64,000 nt of DNA from Vicugna vicugna (Eukaryota), in NCBI GenBank assembly GCA_013265495.1, contig MU058584.1, positions 1,958,616 to 2,022,615 on the forward strand, read 5' to 3'. Made by a program: the position numbers and the translations under genes. Within the stretch, counting starts at the first letter, position 1; each line of letters opens with the position of its first letter. Positions 12,860 to 26,596 of this stretch are shown here, piece by piece. A model generated the notes under the pieces. It saw only the letters and a list, made by a program, of their open reading frames with translations. It searched no databases and was not told where the DNA came from.

Positions 12860-13065
12860 TTGCTAATGGTTGTCCTCACAGCACAGGGCAAAGTAATTTC
12901 TTTGGAATCCTGTTGTCATCCATCCTCCTCACATGAGCGGCCCAGAGATGTGGAGTTGCAAAGTGCACGGCTTTGACGCCAGTGGACTGGCGGAACTCCA
13001 ACTTCTTATTCTCAGCAACCTTGTTCTGCCATTTGATGTTAAATATAGAACGTAAGGGGCAGGGT
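12860..13065 (-). mobile_element. Ancient RTE-clade LINE remnant (MamRTE1 or L4/L5-like), C-terminal part of ORF2
   Basis: Minus-strand translation LRSIFNIKWQNKV...LWAAHVRRMDDNRIPKKLL matches the RTE motif LRxILxIxWQDxV...LRWAGHVxRMxDxRIPKxLLY. Confidence 0.8.
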
Positions 13066-13474
13066 GAGAACGCCAGAGCCCCAGACAAATCCTAATTCTT
13101 CCTGTCTTCCATCTATCACCATCTGCTTACCTATTTTCTGTGCTCATCACCACAGTGCTTACTTATTCCCCATTCCTTTATTCTGCGACAAGCTAGTCCC
13201 CACTTCCACAGTGGGACACCCTGCTTAAGTACATCGCAACGACTCGTGATGCAATTACAGTTTCAACTAACTAGGATTCATCATTTCAGAGTCCCTAGTA
13301 GACCAGAAAGGAGAGTAAGAAACATCGAATTACAGAAACTAACTTTATAGAAGAGAGTTGTTGAAAAGAGGAAACCTCCCGGGTGTGTGCAGAATGTGTA
13401 CACGCTGCCCCGTCTGTCCCTTTCATACCTGCAGCTGCTCTACAACAACACAACTTTCAACAATGCTGACAAGT

Positions 13475-13650
13475 AAGTATGATGGTGTGTGGAGAAGAGC
13501 TGCATTAAATTTTAGAGATCTGAGATCAAAATGTACCTCTTCTATTACTCTGTTTAGTGCGAGGTCACTGAAAGCCAGCTCTGTAATCTTTGGCAACCCC
13601 TCTAAGCCTCAGTTTCCTGATCTGTTCACTGAGAAAATGGAGTGGGTAAC
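13475..13650 (+). mobile_element. MIR SINE
   Basis: gatggtgtgtggagaagagc...ctttggcaacccctctaagcctcagtttcctgatctg. Confidence 0.7.
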
Positions 13651-14189
13651 TTCTCTGTTTCTTTTTGGGTTTATGATTTGAAGATTCAGAAGGTTGCGTG
13701 TGGTATATCTCAGTTAAATAGAATAATCAACTAACTAGAATATTCACCACCTTTTAGTCTATTTAATTAAGTTCTACTATAATAGTAACAATAATTATAT
13801 CTTTTACCTGTCTATCATTAAACTTCCTAAATGTTTTGGCATCCATTTATGCTCTTATTTTAACTTCAAAATATTGTCCAAAACTAACAAATGATCTATA
13901 TTTCCATGCCTTACCAAGTATATGATATTGAAAGGATGGATACAAGTATGTAACAGGCAAAAAGATTCTATTTGATATAACTTGTATGGTTCTTTTTTCT
14001 TGAGTTAGAAAAATACAAGGTCATTCAAAATGAAAAATAAAACTAAGAAAATATGTCATTCAAAATGTTCCCGTATCAGAGCATTATAAAAATCTCTCCT
14101 AGACACATTGAAGAAATATCTAAGGTCCACTATAGACCTAAGTCAAGGCTAAGTTTGAACCAATTGTCTAAAAATTATCAACTCTAAAG

Positions 14190-14410
14190 CTCATAGCTTT
14201 AGAGCACTTCCAAATTTAGCAAACATTTTTACACGCATTATTTCATCTGAATCCCACAATGACCCTGGGTCATTGTTAACTGAAATTCAATTGTTAGTCT
14301 CATTCTACAGACGAATCAACTGAGATCAAAGAGGACAAGTGATTTTGCCAAAAACACAAAAGCAATTAGAGATGGACTCAGAACCTAGTTGAACCATAGA
14401 ATTCAAAGTT
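14190..14410 (-). mobile_element. MIR SINE
   Basis: ttatttcatctgaatcccacaatgaccctgg...cattctacagacgaatcaactgagatcaaagagg. Confidence 0.7.
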
Positions 14411-16024
14411 CATAGGAAACTTAAAGGTCACCTAATGAAACCTCTCTGCTGAGGCATCAGCGCTACGGCAGTGATGGCCGGCTGGCCACTCAAAATTGGG
14501 GCTCTCCTTTTCATGCGAGAAATTGGTAGCCAGGAGGGGGCTTTCCATCCAGGGCAGGGACCACATTCCCCAGTCTTCCTGGTACCTCGATGTGATCAAT
14601 TACCACCACGATCTGATATATCTAGCCATGACCAATTATCACCACTATACCACAAGCCGAGGTTCTCCTTATTCTTTCTCCACCCTTTCTCTCCGAACTC
14701 AGAGGACATTGAAGCCCAAGGAGATGGTAGATAAAAATAGAAGGATGTCCTGTATCACCCTAAGGAAGAAAATTGTCTGCCAACCAGAACGCTCACACTG
14801 GAACAAGAAATAATTTTAAATTGTGTTAAGACAGCAACAGCAGAAATTTACTAATTTTTTTTCCATAGTTAACATTCTTCTGCAAATGAAAATCCCCTGC
14901 AAGCGCCCTGCCTCCAATCAAACATAATAACGGGGGGGCTTACTCCTACCACAGGCAAATCATTTCATGTTCGAACAGCTTCTGATGAAAAGTTCTCCCC
15001 GCACCAAGCTGACTTTTTTCTCCTGTCACATCATTTTGGTCCTGGTATGCCTTTTGAACTCACACAGAACTGACTTAACACCTCTTCCGCGTGACTCATG
15101 TCTGCCTCTAACCCTTTATTACACACGATCTTTGTTCTCGAATAATGATTCTTTATAGAAATTATGTTTCCACAACAAGATCATAAGGTTCTCTTCCCCG
15201 GCAATGCTTGAGGCAATTCTGGGCAAAGGACAAGAGTTTGATAAACACTGAGTGTCTCATGGAAGCTGGTCCTGACTTTGGAGTTGAGTTGTCACTTTTT
15301 TTGGAAGCTTGTCTAGATTCATTCAGAAGGAGTTACGTTCTTCCCCTGCTGTCTGCCGAACCTCATATGCTTTTCTATTATAACCCTTCCCACGTGACTT
15401 TATAATTGTAATCCACCTTCATAGCTAATAAAGGCATCTGAGCTAAGTTTGTATATGTCACCAGGGAGAAGTCCACTTACCATTCTTTCATTACACGTAC
15501 AGGCACAGAGTATACAACTCCAGGGGATATCATTTCTGTTATCATCCATGAGGTTGTGCTATACAGTGGAGCCTCTTAGAACCCAGAAGATGATGCAAAT
15601 GTGCCCTTCTTTCTCTTTCTTTCCCTCAAATTACCCATCAGCCCGCTTCATGGGTGCCTGCGAGCTCATGTGCCTTTTTTCCCTTGCTCACACATTTTCT
15701 GGCACTCCCACTGCGCGCACACACCCCAGCTTCAACCTTCCCATTCTTCATGCCTTGCATTCAAGCAGAGCAAACACAATGTGTTTAGAACTGAGCACCA
15801 ACGGGACAACAAATTTCAAACTTGCTAATATTGATACCCCTCCCAGCATAGCTTGAGAAATCATTATGTTAAGACACCTCCCTGATGGGTGGAAGGAGAC
15901 TGAGGAACTGGATGGGGAAGGACAAAGAGTAAAAGAGGTTGAAAGCCCCATCATTCCATGTAACCCTCTTATTCGCTTATATGTCTTCTCCGCTGAATTA
16001 TTATATATTTACTTACTCACTTAT

Positions 16025-16235
16025 TTAAAACAACCGTAGCACTTACTAGGTGCCAGGCATTGTTCAAAGCATTTTGCAAATGTTAACTCATTTTACCCTC
16101 ATAATCGCTCCATAAGGTATAGTATCTTGGTTCCCCATTTTAGAGATGAGGAAATTGGAGACAGAAGTCTTGTAGCTTGCCTAAGGTCACCACCCAGTAA
16201 AAGTTACATCAGGATTTGAATCCAGAACCCAGAAC
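16025..16235 (-). mobile_element. MIR SINE
   Basis: cacttactaggtgccaggcattgttcaaagc...ccccattttagagatgaggaaattggagacag...aggatttgaatccag. Confidence 0.88.
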
Positions 16236-18545
16236 AGCTAACTCTGTTGCCACGTAGAGGAGCATTCTGAAAACAGAGATTGGATCATACCCTCTTTTGT
16301 ACCCCAGCAATCTTGCACTAGTTTCTGTAAGATTGTAAGCCTTAAAAAATGCTTGAATCAATGAATGAGCGAGTGAATGAATAAATGGGAGTATTTTCTT
16401 ATTTACTCAGAAAGGGTGCCCCAAAAGGAAACTCAGCCACCGATGGTTGAGTCTGCACCCGCTTCTAGCTGCACATCTTCTCCCAAGTTATTGCGTATCA
16501 CAGCAGGACACGAGCACACTGTGCTTCTCTCAGATGCCTCATGACAAGCTGAAATCAATCTACCCATTTGCAGACAGATGCGTCATGGGAGACACAACAA
16601 GTCTGTCCACTTCAACATGTGTTCTCTGCATCCCCCGCCCCAGAGAAGATGCTTCAGGAGAACAGCACTAGCCCTTCTGTTGCAGGGGCTCCTGCCCACA
16701 GAAAGCAAGGTGAGAGGCACCCAGCAGTGTGGAGTGACTCAAACTTTCATCCTTCTGAGACAAAGGCGTGGAGACGGAAGAGCAGTCACAGAGCCATCTC
16801 CCTGTCTAGGAGCTAACCTCACAGGAATTTGCCTGCTCACCTACGGGGACCTGTATTGCCTCCTGTGCATTGCCCTCACCAACAAGTTGTAAAGGATTTC
16901 TGGTCTGCCGTTTTACAGACGAAGAAAAGAAAGCTTGGCTCAAAGTGTCTCATTAATATGCCCAAGTTCACATGGCTACTATATTGAGCTTTGGATCAGG
17001 ACTTTGGATAGGAAATCTAGGTTTTTCATTCTTGCAAAAGTCATTTTGGGAAACTTACCTGGAATATACCTTGAGCAGATGAGGAAGAGCCCCAAGTTGC
17101 TGGCCCTCCATGTGGGTTTAATATATTACTCGCCCGTCCTTTCTGGGAACCATACCAGACAGAGTTCCCATTGCCTCCTTGGAAAATCCCATCCTGGACC
17201 TGAGACAAACAATTTCCTTTTTGTCATCCGGTCATTGACAGTGTGGTGTCACGAACCCTCAGGAGACTGGGAGGTGGGAGGGAAGGCAACAGCTCCAACT
17301 CTCTCGCCAAGCAGCTGCGGCTTTGATCGAGTCATCAGACCCCTCTGGACTTACTTTTGGTAGTTTTGCTTGCACAGAAAACAAAGGGATGGGATTAACT
17401 ATGTATCAGATCCCGTGTGCATTGACATAGGAGCTGTAGGTGAGCTTCCTTGCAGGCAAGCACAATGGAAAGCAATACAGTGTGGTAGAAATTATCTTAA
17501 CCTTAACCATAGACCAGGGGCTGTGAACCCGCAGTTGTGGTCCTAAAAATGGATTCAACAATTTATTCTAGGCTGCTGAGGACGTCAGAACGATGTGTTG
17601 TGGCCTCAAAGGTCAACAAAATGATGGGTATTATCCCAAAGGGTATTGTAAAACACAAAGAAGAACACTTTTAACATTTACCCAGGAAATAGAACCAGTA
17701 TACTGCCCTCTGAAATGTAATGCTCTTCAACGGCTACACCTCTAGAAACAGACTGAGGAATTAGAGCAAATCTAGAATGAGAGCATTTTAATGGCTTAGA
17801 GCATGGAAAGTGGTAATCATTGACGGACAGCCTAAAAAGATTTAAATTACACTACGATTATGAAAAAGCAATTCTCTGTCATTAGTATCCCATATAATAT
17901 TTAATAACATTTCTTAATTTGGTTATACATGCATATTTAACGTCTCAGGTTAAATAAAGTAAAACGTTATTTTAGAAATAATACTTCTTCTAGGTCTCAC
18001 ATTTTATGAAACAATGATACTCAAGCTCTTCATATCCATCTTCAGTATGAACAACTTTTTCACTATTAAAGTCACATTTTGAGTCAGCCAACGCAGTTTT
18101 TACAAAATGCATCTCCCTCACTGCCTTTGAAATCATTCGAGATGCAGTACTTTGAATCCATGTATGATGCTTCCCCGGAAGTTGTATTCCAAACCACAGG
18201 TACCCATTCACGTAGCCCTTGGACCATCCATCATTTCATTTATCCTATAATGATAATTGTGATCATTATAACACTACAATTTATCACATATCTTCTCCAA
18301 AACCACTTATCTGCTCTGCTTTCTTAAGTTGTTCACAATGACAGCAAACACTTGGAATTAGGAGATTATACCCCTGGAAATAATGACTAAATTACTAATA
18401 TCTTTGCTTCCTTTTATTTTAATAGTTTCATCAGATGATTTCTCTAAGCAACACAAGCTAGCAGTTGATTGTGTGATTGTAATGATTTGAGGATAATTTG
18501 TCTTCTTTTAAAAGTCTTTCTTGTTTAGGGAAAAATATTTCAGAG

Positions 18546-18898
18546 GCACAGAAAGCAAACTTACGGTTATCGGAGGGGAGAAAAGAGTGGGAAGGGATAA
18601 ACTGGGAACTCGAGGTTTGCAGATACTAACTACTATATATATAAAATAGATAAACAAGAAGTTCATACTGTATGGCACAGGGAACTATATTCAATACCTT
18701 GTAGTAATTTATGGTGAAAAAGAATATGAAAACGAATATATGCATGTTCAGGTATGGCTGAAGAATTATGCTCTACACCAGAAACTGACACATTGTAAAC
18801 TGACTATACGTCAATAAATATATCTGTATTAAAAAACAAATAAATTACTGAAAAAAGATAATATAAATAAACATTTAAATAAAGCTGACTAATTGGAA
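18546..18898 (+). mobile_element. 5'-truncated artiodactyl/camelid L1 3'UTR with 15-bp TSD
   Basis: Homologous to 5460-5720; aaaaatatttcagag at both 18531-18545 and 18899-18913. Confidence 0.9.
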
Positions 18899-19089
18899 AA
18901 AAATATTTCAGAGAGCATGCTCCAAGGAAGCCATTTCTTATTTTCTGAGAGATAATTAGAAGACAGCTAACTCTATATTCACACATACAGGAAATGTTAA
19001 TTATGAATTTAAAAATTATGATAAAGACAAAGCTTTGATTATTTCTTTTATATATTATTACCTTCGGTTGTTTAGGATTGGAAAAGATG

Positions 19090-19320
19090 CCTAACATTTA
19101 CTGAACATTTACTGTGCACTGAGGGTTGACGTATATGAATTCCCAGGAGAATTAAAATAACATTCAGGTATAGGTATAATTATGTCTAGCTTACAGGTGA
19201 ATAAACTGGGACTGAGAAAATTTTTAAATAGCCTGTTTCCCGTAATCACTAAATACTAGTACTGAGTTAGAACTGAGATGTCTCTGAATCTAAAACCCTT
19301 GCTCTTCCTGTCATGTCAGA
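19090..19320 (-). mobile_element. MIR SINE
   Basis: taacatttactgaacatttactgtgcac...ttacaggtgaataaactgggactgaga...tgaatctaaaacccttgctctt. Confidence 0.7.
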
Positions 19321-19739
19321 AAGTGCAACATAGTAGAACAAAGAGTTATGTCTCAAAGGTTTAGAGAGAAAACTATAAAAATAGAGTATCCATTACTTCA
19401 TATCACATTGGCATTTATGTTTTAGTAATGCTTTGTAGTTTTGACAGTCTTTTGCATTTATTATCTCATTTTACGTTTGTAAAAATTAAATATGAAGTGA
19501 TTCAAAGCAGGTTTAGCTATATTCATTAGCAATAAGTATAAATTGTTTATAAAATAAATTCCTATGAGTCTGTAACAGCAGACACGTTATTGTATGAGCA
19601 TTAATATGGTCTTGACTTCTGACTTTGACATCAAATTGTTCAGAGAAAAAACAAATGGATGGATGGAACTTCTGTTCATCTCTATTATTTTCCCTGTAAA
19701 TGCTTCTAAAAGATACGGATTTTCTTAAAACATAAAAAC

Positions 19740-22700
19740 AGTATTTTCAGACCTAAAAAAAAGCTAACAATAAATCCTTTAGTGCTAAATATGCCATGTG
19801 TTTAAACTTTCCCAGTCATGTCATGAATTTTGTATCTTCTTTTTAAATTTTGTTCACAAATTAAATTTGGTTAATATGACTTTATGTTCCTTTCAGTCTG
19901 CAAGTTTCCTTCCCTGGTTATTTTCCTATTTATTTATTTACTTATTGAAGATTGTTTGTTCTTTTTTCCATATTTTGAGTTTTGCTGTTATCACCCGTTG
20001 CTGTGACTATGTTTAACACGTTTCTTTGCCCCCTTTATTTTATGAACCAGGTTCTTAATAATAAAGACTTGGTCAGACTCAGGTTTGATTTCTCCTTTTC
20101 TTTTCTTTCTCTTAAATACATCTAGTTGTCTGTCTTGGTGATTAAGACTTACCAGTACATAAGCCTAATAACTCATTAGCGGTCATCACCTGGTTTGTTA
20201 CTTTATTAGGGACTGCAGAAATGTGATTTCTACATGACCCAATTCTAATATAATTATCAGCTTGAATTCTAAAATGGACTTCCCTTACCAGCTATGGGAT
20301 TTTGTCAAAGTGTATACTTGCACAGGAAAAGTTAGAAAATGACTTGATTCTTCCCTTTTATTTACTACTTTGAGGAATAATGAATTCATTTCATAGTATC
20401 TTCCAAAGGTGGCAAATGATATTTTTATTATTCAATATTATAATGAACTCGTGGATTTTAAAATATTTTATATATTTTGAACCACTGTAGATTATTTTTT
20501 AAGGTTTAAATTATCCCGACTTTGGCCAGGTTAACTTCTGAAACTTTCTGTCACAAGTCTTGCAACAGCCTTAGAAAACTTCCTATCTTCTGATTCCATA
20601 AGCTGGTCCAGCTTCTTTATACTTTTCTGGCCTCAGACCTGGAATCAGTCACTTTTTTCAAGGAGCCCAGCTCCCTTTAGTGCTAAATGGTAGTAAGATA
20701 CCACAATGTGCACCCAGAGGTGCTCATTGCTACTGGGAGTTCACTGTTCCCAGGCTTTTTCCAGTGGACATAGCTAGAAAACTAGTTGAGGTGTTTTTAT
20801 CTTTTTCTTTCTTTGATTTTATTTATTTATTTTTTTAATCCTTACTATAAAGACCTTAACTGTTTGCTTTAAATTTTTTTCAGAATAATAATGCTAACAT
20901 TACTACTACTAATGTGGTTATCCATACTTTAAGATATGTTTCTAGTTCTTTTTGTCCCAAAAATGTGTCCAACTAGGAAAACATGGTCTAATTGCTATGA
21001 CTTGGAAATAATGTTTCTTTGTGTGATTAAATCATCCGCTTGATACACATAGTTATTTATTTTATTGTGCTTTTAATTTTTAGGTATTGCTTTTTTTCTC
21101 ATTTTGATTTGATTTTGTTGTATGATTTTGTAAAATACGTATGGGGCTTCAAGTTGCATACAGAGAAGTTTAGCTTCTCTGCATCCCAAAGGTCTCCACT
21201 ATAACCATCTCCCCCTAGAGAAACTTAAAAAATTTTGATGTATCTTTTGACTAGTTCTCCCTTCTTATGAGGAAAATGTGTATGTCCATTATACATCCCT
21301 ATCTCTCTCATTTTCTTAACTACAGAGATTTCTACACACTCCACTGAAACTCGTTTATTCAATTAATAGCATGTCACTTCACAGTGGTATATAAATACAC
21401 TCTTTGTCCTTTTTAGAGAAGCCTAATATTTTATGACCTGTGTGTATCACAGTTTATTCAGCCAGTCCTAGCTTGACAAGCATTTGACGTTCTTCTACTG
21501 ATAGGTGGAAATGGTAGGCATTGGCTTCTTCTGCTACAGAAGGCTGCAAAAACTAGCTGTGTTGAGTATGTCTTCCTATTTTCTCCAGCGTACCTTTGAG
21601 ATTTGCCCCTTCAAGTGAGCTTGCTGCATCAAAGTGGAAGTGCCTGTGTAAATTTGATCAATTTTGCCGAATTTCCCTCTGTATGACTTGGATCAAGTTT
21701 CCCACACAATACTTGCAAATACCCATTTCCCTGCAGCCTATCAAATATAGTCTGTTATTAAACCTTTGGAATTATCCATCTAAAAGGTGAAAAAGTGTAT
21801 TTTGATGTCATTTAACTTTGCATTTCTCATTATAAGAAGTGAAGTTGAACATATTTTAATACTTTAAGGTCCTATGCCTTTTTCCCCCTGTAAAGTCTCC
21901 ATTCATACCTTTTGTCCATTTTTTCCATAGGGTATCTGTGTATTTTTGTCTCTCTATTTTAAGCTTTTTATATATTAGGAGTATTAGCCCTTTATGTTAT
22001 AATTTACAAATATTTTCCCAGTTTTTCATGTATTTTTTATTTAGCTTATAGTCTGCATTGTCATAACTTAGAATTTTCTTAATTTTTTTCCTTTATTTAT
22101 GTAGTCAGATATACTAAGCATTTCCCTCATTGCTTCTAGAGAGTGAAGCATAGTGAAAAATATCTTGTTTGCTTTTAGGTTTTGAAGGAATTTGCCTGTG
22201 TTTTCACTTAGTATTTCTATGGTTTTATTTTTCTCATCTCTTACTCACTTGGAACTCATCCTGAAAGACAGCGTGGGGAATGAACTAACTTTTATCTTCC
22301 TCTACATGGCATTCAGTTCACATTTTCTTAATTCTTATATTTCTGAACTTTTTCAAATATCACTAATCATTAACAGTTTAAATGATAAAGAATTCCTGTT
22401 TCAAAATTTTCCAGAATTTTTAACACTCAGTGTCCTCTTAGACTCAATGCTGCTCTTGAGATATTCAATGTCATTTAAATTTGTTTTTGTTTTATATGAA
22501 ACCTGACTTTTCTCCTCCTGTCTCTCCTCACCTCCTCTCCTCTACTTTCCTCTCTCTCAGGTTTTAGAATCTCCTCTTTACCTCTGTGGTTATGAAATTT
22601 CATTATGTCTTTCTGAGCACGTTATTTTTACACCGTGCTGAACACTTGGTGAGTCTTTTTCATCTAAAACCATACGCCCTTCAGCTTTTAGAAATGTACT

Positions 22701-23890
22701 CATATCATTTATTTGGCAATACCTACTATTTATTTTCTCTACTTTCTTTTTAGAAATACTGTTAGTTGGATTCGTCCTCTATTTTTCTAACCTATTTTCT
22801 CCAGTGTTCCATCACTTTGACTTATTCTAGTTTCCAGTAGGTCTCTTAAATATTTTTTTCTCCAACTACAATACTGAAATTTGCTTTTCTATTATTTTTT
22901 TCAAAACTTTTTTCTGAAATAGTCTAATATAGTAGCATTCTTGCCTTTGTTACTGGGAAGCAGTATTTTCTCATTTCTTTGGGGATTATACTCGTTGAAT
23001 GTTTCTTTTATTTTTCCTGCCTGCAATGTCAATTTCCTCTAGGTTCCTCTTTTATTGTTTTGTTTTGTTTTAGTCACACTTTTTCATTTTGGAGACTTTC
23101 CCCAACTATCTGAAAACTGGCTTTCATATTTAAGAGTGAACATAGTTCTGTGTGCAAAGGTAGAACTTTCTCTCAGAGATTTCTTGAAAAGTGATAGGGA
23201 CTTGAGGTCAGCTTTCCATGGAAGCCACCCACTACTGATGTCTGAATGTTCTTTCTCCAGAGACAAGTCTTCCATTCTGCTGTGAAAGTAGGGCAGGTAG
23301 AAGAAAGGAAGACGGCAAACATTCCTACTCCTGACATTCCAGAATCTGAACACGAAAGAGGAGGTGAAGTATTTCATAGTATGCTATAGAGGTTCTCATT
23401 TAATTCCTTTGTTTTTAACCCACCTCTCAACCGTGCAATCCACCATATTCACTGCTAGCCCACAGATTGGTATACATAATTTCTCCGCATTGTAAACCTC
23501 TGTTCTCCCAGAAGAAAATGGAGACCACTACTTAACCCCCTATCTTTATGAGCAGGAAAGGATCATGTCGATCCAAAGACTCTGTATACAGACTTTCAAT
23601 TAACCCCACTTTCAGTCCACTCTTTCCTTCTTGTCTTCCACTTATGCCCCAAATGCTGGAAGCTTCTCAGGGTTTTGCAGAATGAGTTGGTTCATTTCAC
23701 ATCAATGTCCACAACTGCAGGCAATTAGTTATAACTTCATCCATTCCACTAAAACATGTAACTCAGATCTCTGATTTTTTCCCAAAATGTATTAAATTCT
23801 CCCTCCTACTGTTATTTCCTTTTCTGTTTCCTGTCCTTGAGGATTAATAACATTGTTTTACTCCTTTACTTATTTTTTTAGTCAAGTTTC
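19740..23890 (-). mobile_element. Fragmented ancient L1M (L1ME/L1MC-type) block
   Basis: About 4 kb of T-rich sequence with decayed antisense L1 motifs (cctggaatcagtcacttttttcaaggagcccag, tttccctgcagcc, gttgaacatatttt, ggaatgaactaacttttat); many stops and indels. Confidence 0.7.
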
Positions 23891-23894
23891 ATTT

Positions 23895-23926
23895 GTGTGT
23901 GTGTGTGTGTGTGAGTGTGTGTGTTT
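23895..23926. repeat. (TG)n microsatellite
   Basis: tgtgtgtgtgtgtgtgtgtgagtgtgtgtg. Confidence 0.95.
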
Positions 23927-24047
23927 ACTTGATTTTTTTGTTTGTCTAATTGATTGATTCTAGCCTACTTCAAGTCCTTTCTGCCAAAAAGTTGTGGTCC
24001 AAAGTAAATATTCAAGTACTATAATAAACTTATTTTATCACTCACAG

Positions 24048-24178
24048 NNNNNNNNNNNNNNNNNNNNNNNNNNNNNNNNNNNNNNNNNNNNNNNNNNNNN
24101 NNNNNNNNNNNNNNNNNNNNNNNNNNNNNNNNNNNNNNNNNNNNNNNNNNNNNNNNNNNNNNNNNNNNNNNNNNNNNN
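24048..24178. other. Assembly gap (N run)
   Basis: Run of N. Confidence 1.
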
Positions 24179-26596
24179 AAGAAAGGAAACTTAGTTTTGA
24201 TTTTAAGAAAGGGCATGGTTTGCAGAAACTATATGACCCAGACATTTAATGTAAGAAATCTTGCCAAGTTGTTATAATCTCTGGCATTTCCACTGGAAAA
24301 AAAAAAATCTCTATGCCTGACCCAAAAAATACACCTCCTGGCAGAAAGTGTGAGAGCAATGGCTTCTGCTAACTATCATATATTTTCCCCTCTACCAGGC
24401 ATTTTCCTGGATGAAAAGAAGAATTTTGAAAGTGAAGGCGGAGAGGAGGGGCAGTGTGGAAGTATCCACTCCCCTCTGTGCCCAGCAGGGCACTGCTGTG
24501 CTTTCCAGCCAGCATCAGGAAGCCAGCACCCGGGGAGAGCCTCCCACAGTGTTGCACTGAACACAGAGTTGGACACGGTCCCTAACTTGGTGACCTTTTG
24601 AAAGAGATGTGCTCCCAAAATGCCAGCAGGCACCACCAGGCTGGCTGAAAGGAGCCTTTGCTGGGTTTCCTAGGTTTCTGCAGACACACTTCAAGAAGGT
24701 TATATATGTGGTTTGTGCTGAAATGGTAATAAATTAAATTATAGCTCTGGACTGGTTATCTACCATATAATGGTAGATTGTTTCACTCTCTGAAAACCCA
24801 GAGACTCAGTCCTTTTTCAGCTGTCTTTGATTTCTCAAGCAGTTGTCCTAGAAATTTTTAAAGAATATGTTCTGTTTTCATCTGAAAATCTGCCGTCTTA
24901 CAAACATAGCATTTTTAATAGTTGAAAAATGTTTCTGATTGTAGTATGCCATTCACTTTTAAATTAAAGTGTCAGGTGCTAGCAGATAAAACTTCTTTCT
25001 GCTCAAGTGTCCTTGTCACTGTCCTAGTTCAAGTTCTCATTACTGCCGGTTTACTGCAACAGCCTTCTATCTGCCCTCAACTTTAACCTTCTCCTTGATT
25101 CAAATCTTGGTCTGTCTGACTTCCATCTAGCTCTGTTTTCCTTATACAATCCTGCCTCCCTACTAACCTTTCTAGCCTGCTCTTCTGATGTAATAAGGGG
25201 AGGAACGCACCAAAGAATAAAACCATTTGCTACCAATTTATTCATTTTCTCTCTCTCTCTCTCTCTTTCAGAATCCCTCTCTCCACCTTCCTGTAATTCA
25301 TGCTGTCACAGACCCAAAAACCCATGTTATTTATCTTTGTGTTCCTGGAACCTACTAGAGTGTTTGGTACATAGTCAATGTTCAATGGCTACTTATTAAA
25401 GAAAAGAACCATTAATTTACAGACACTGTAATTTGCACAAAGTTGTAGTTTTCTTGAAGAGCCACAGTACCTAAAGTATCAGAGCAGACAAAGCAAATAG
25501 TCAGATCGATCCAGAGTCTATTTGCACTAGGTGGATGGGTCGGGAAAATGTAGGTAACCAACAGTACTGGCTGTTGAGATGAAATGATGTTCTGTGTGAT
25601 CTAGTGCAGATTTGGAAAGGAAGTCAAGACTTAAAGTGACTCATAGATTTGAAGAAAATGGAGTAGTTCTGGGGAAGAAGTCTTTGAAATTTAAAAGCGA
25701 ACGTAGTGTGAGTTAGATGAGTTAAACCCTGGTTGGAAAAGAGACTGTGGTCAGAGATCTATTGGCCTGTAAGAGGTGGCGAAGTAGCAAGTTAGTGCAA
25801 GGAGCAATAATAGCCACAGATGGAGACTGAGGATTAGGCATCAAAATTACAAGAGTTTAGAAGGACATCCATGCTAGAAGTCACCTGCCAATGCTTTGGT
25901 GCAACAGCTGGTAATATTGCCAGATGACACATGGCTCGGACAAAGAGAGGTTTTGAAATAACCATTCTTGACAAATGGGAGCCCAAACTTGGTATAGGCA
26001 GGCAAGATTTATGCACGTGATAGGGCTAGAAAATGCAAAGTGATGCAATGTAGTATTAATTGTTCCAAAGGAGTTGGAAGAGGACAAAGAAAGGAGTATT
26101 GAGTCTATCCTGAGTGTTGTTAGGGACCCTTGTAAGGCAGAGAGTAATACAGAGCGTAAGTGATCTGCTACTTTCTGTTCACTTCTCCTTATCTGTCCAT
26201 TCAGACTGTACCTATATATTGGGCTCTTTAGAACAGCCCTCCATGTTGGCAGAGTTAAGCACATGCCCCCGTAGTCGGAATCTAGGGGTGAAAGTGGGCT
26301 CACTATCTCTCACCAGTCTGAAATGCCTCTAAGGAGGCCAGCTATGGATACAGGAAGTTATATGAATGTAATTTCTGCAAAGACTAAGTGAGATCTCAGC
26401 CCCTCCCTGAGAAAGGATGCACAGTGGGGACTGACGGCAGCATGCTGCAAAGGAAAACAATTAAGTCATAGAACATTTTATGGGAGATGAAGCAATCAGC
26501 TGAGATGTGGAGAAAGAGTAGGCACAGGGGAGACGGGAGATCTCAAAGGCAGTCCTCACTTGCCACTCACTGTCACTAAGGATCTAGGCTACTTAC

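Noticed and set aside
12860-13065. BovB horizontal transfer into a camelid
   Set aside because: The fragment is short and heavily diverged from the RTE motif, which fits an ancient mammalian RTE better than a young BovB copy. Not excluded without an alignment.
14471-14813. Overlapping 87-aa and 105-aa ORFs with a short internal repeat (DQLPPR/DQLSPL), first suspected to be a processed pseudogene
   Set aside because: No recognisable protein, poly(A) or TSD; part of it (tcagaggacattgaagcccaaggaga) resembles a decayed MIR core.
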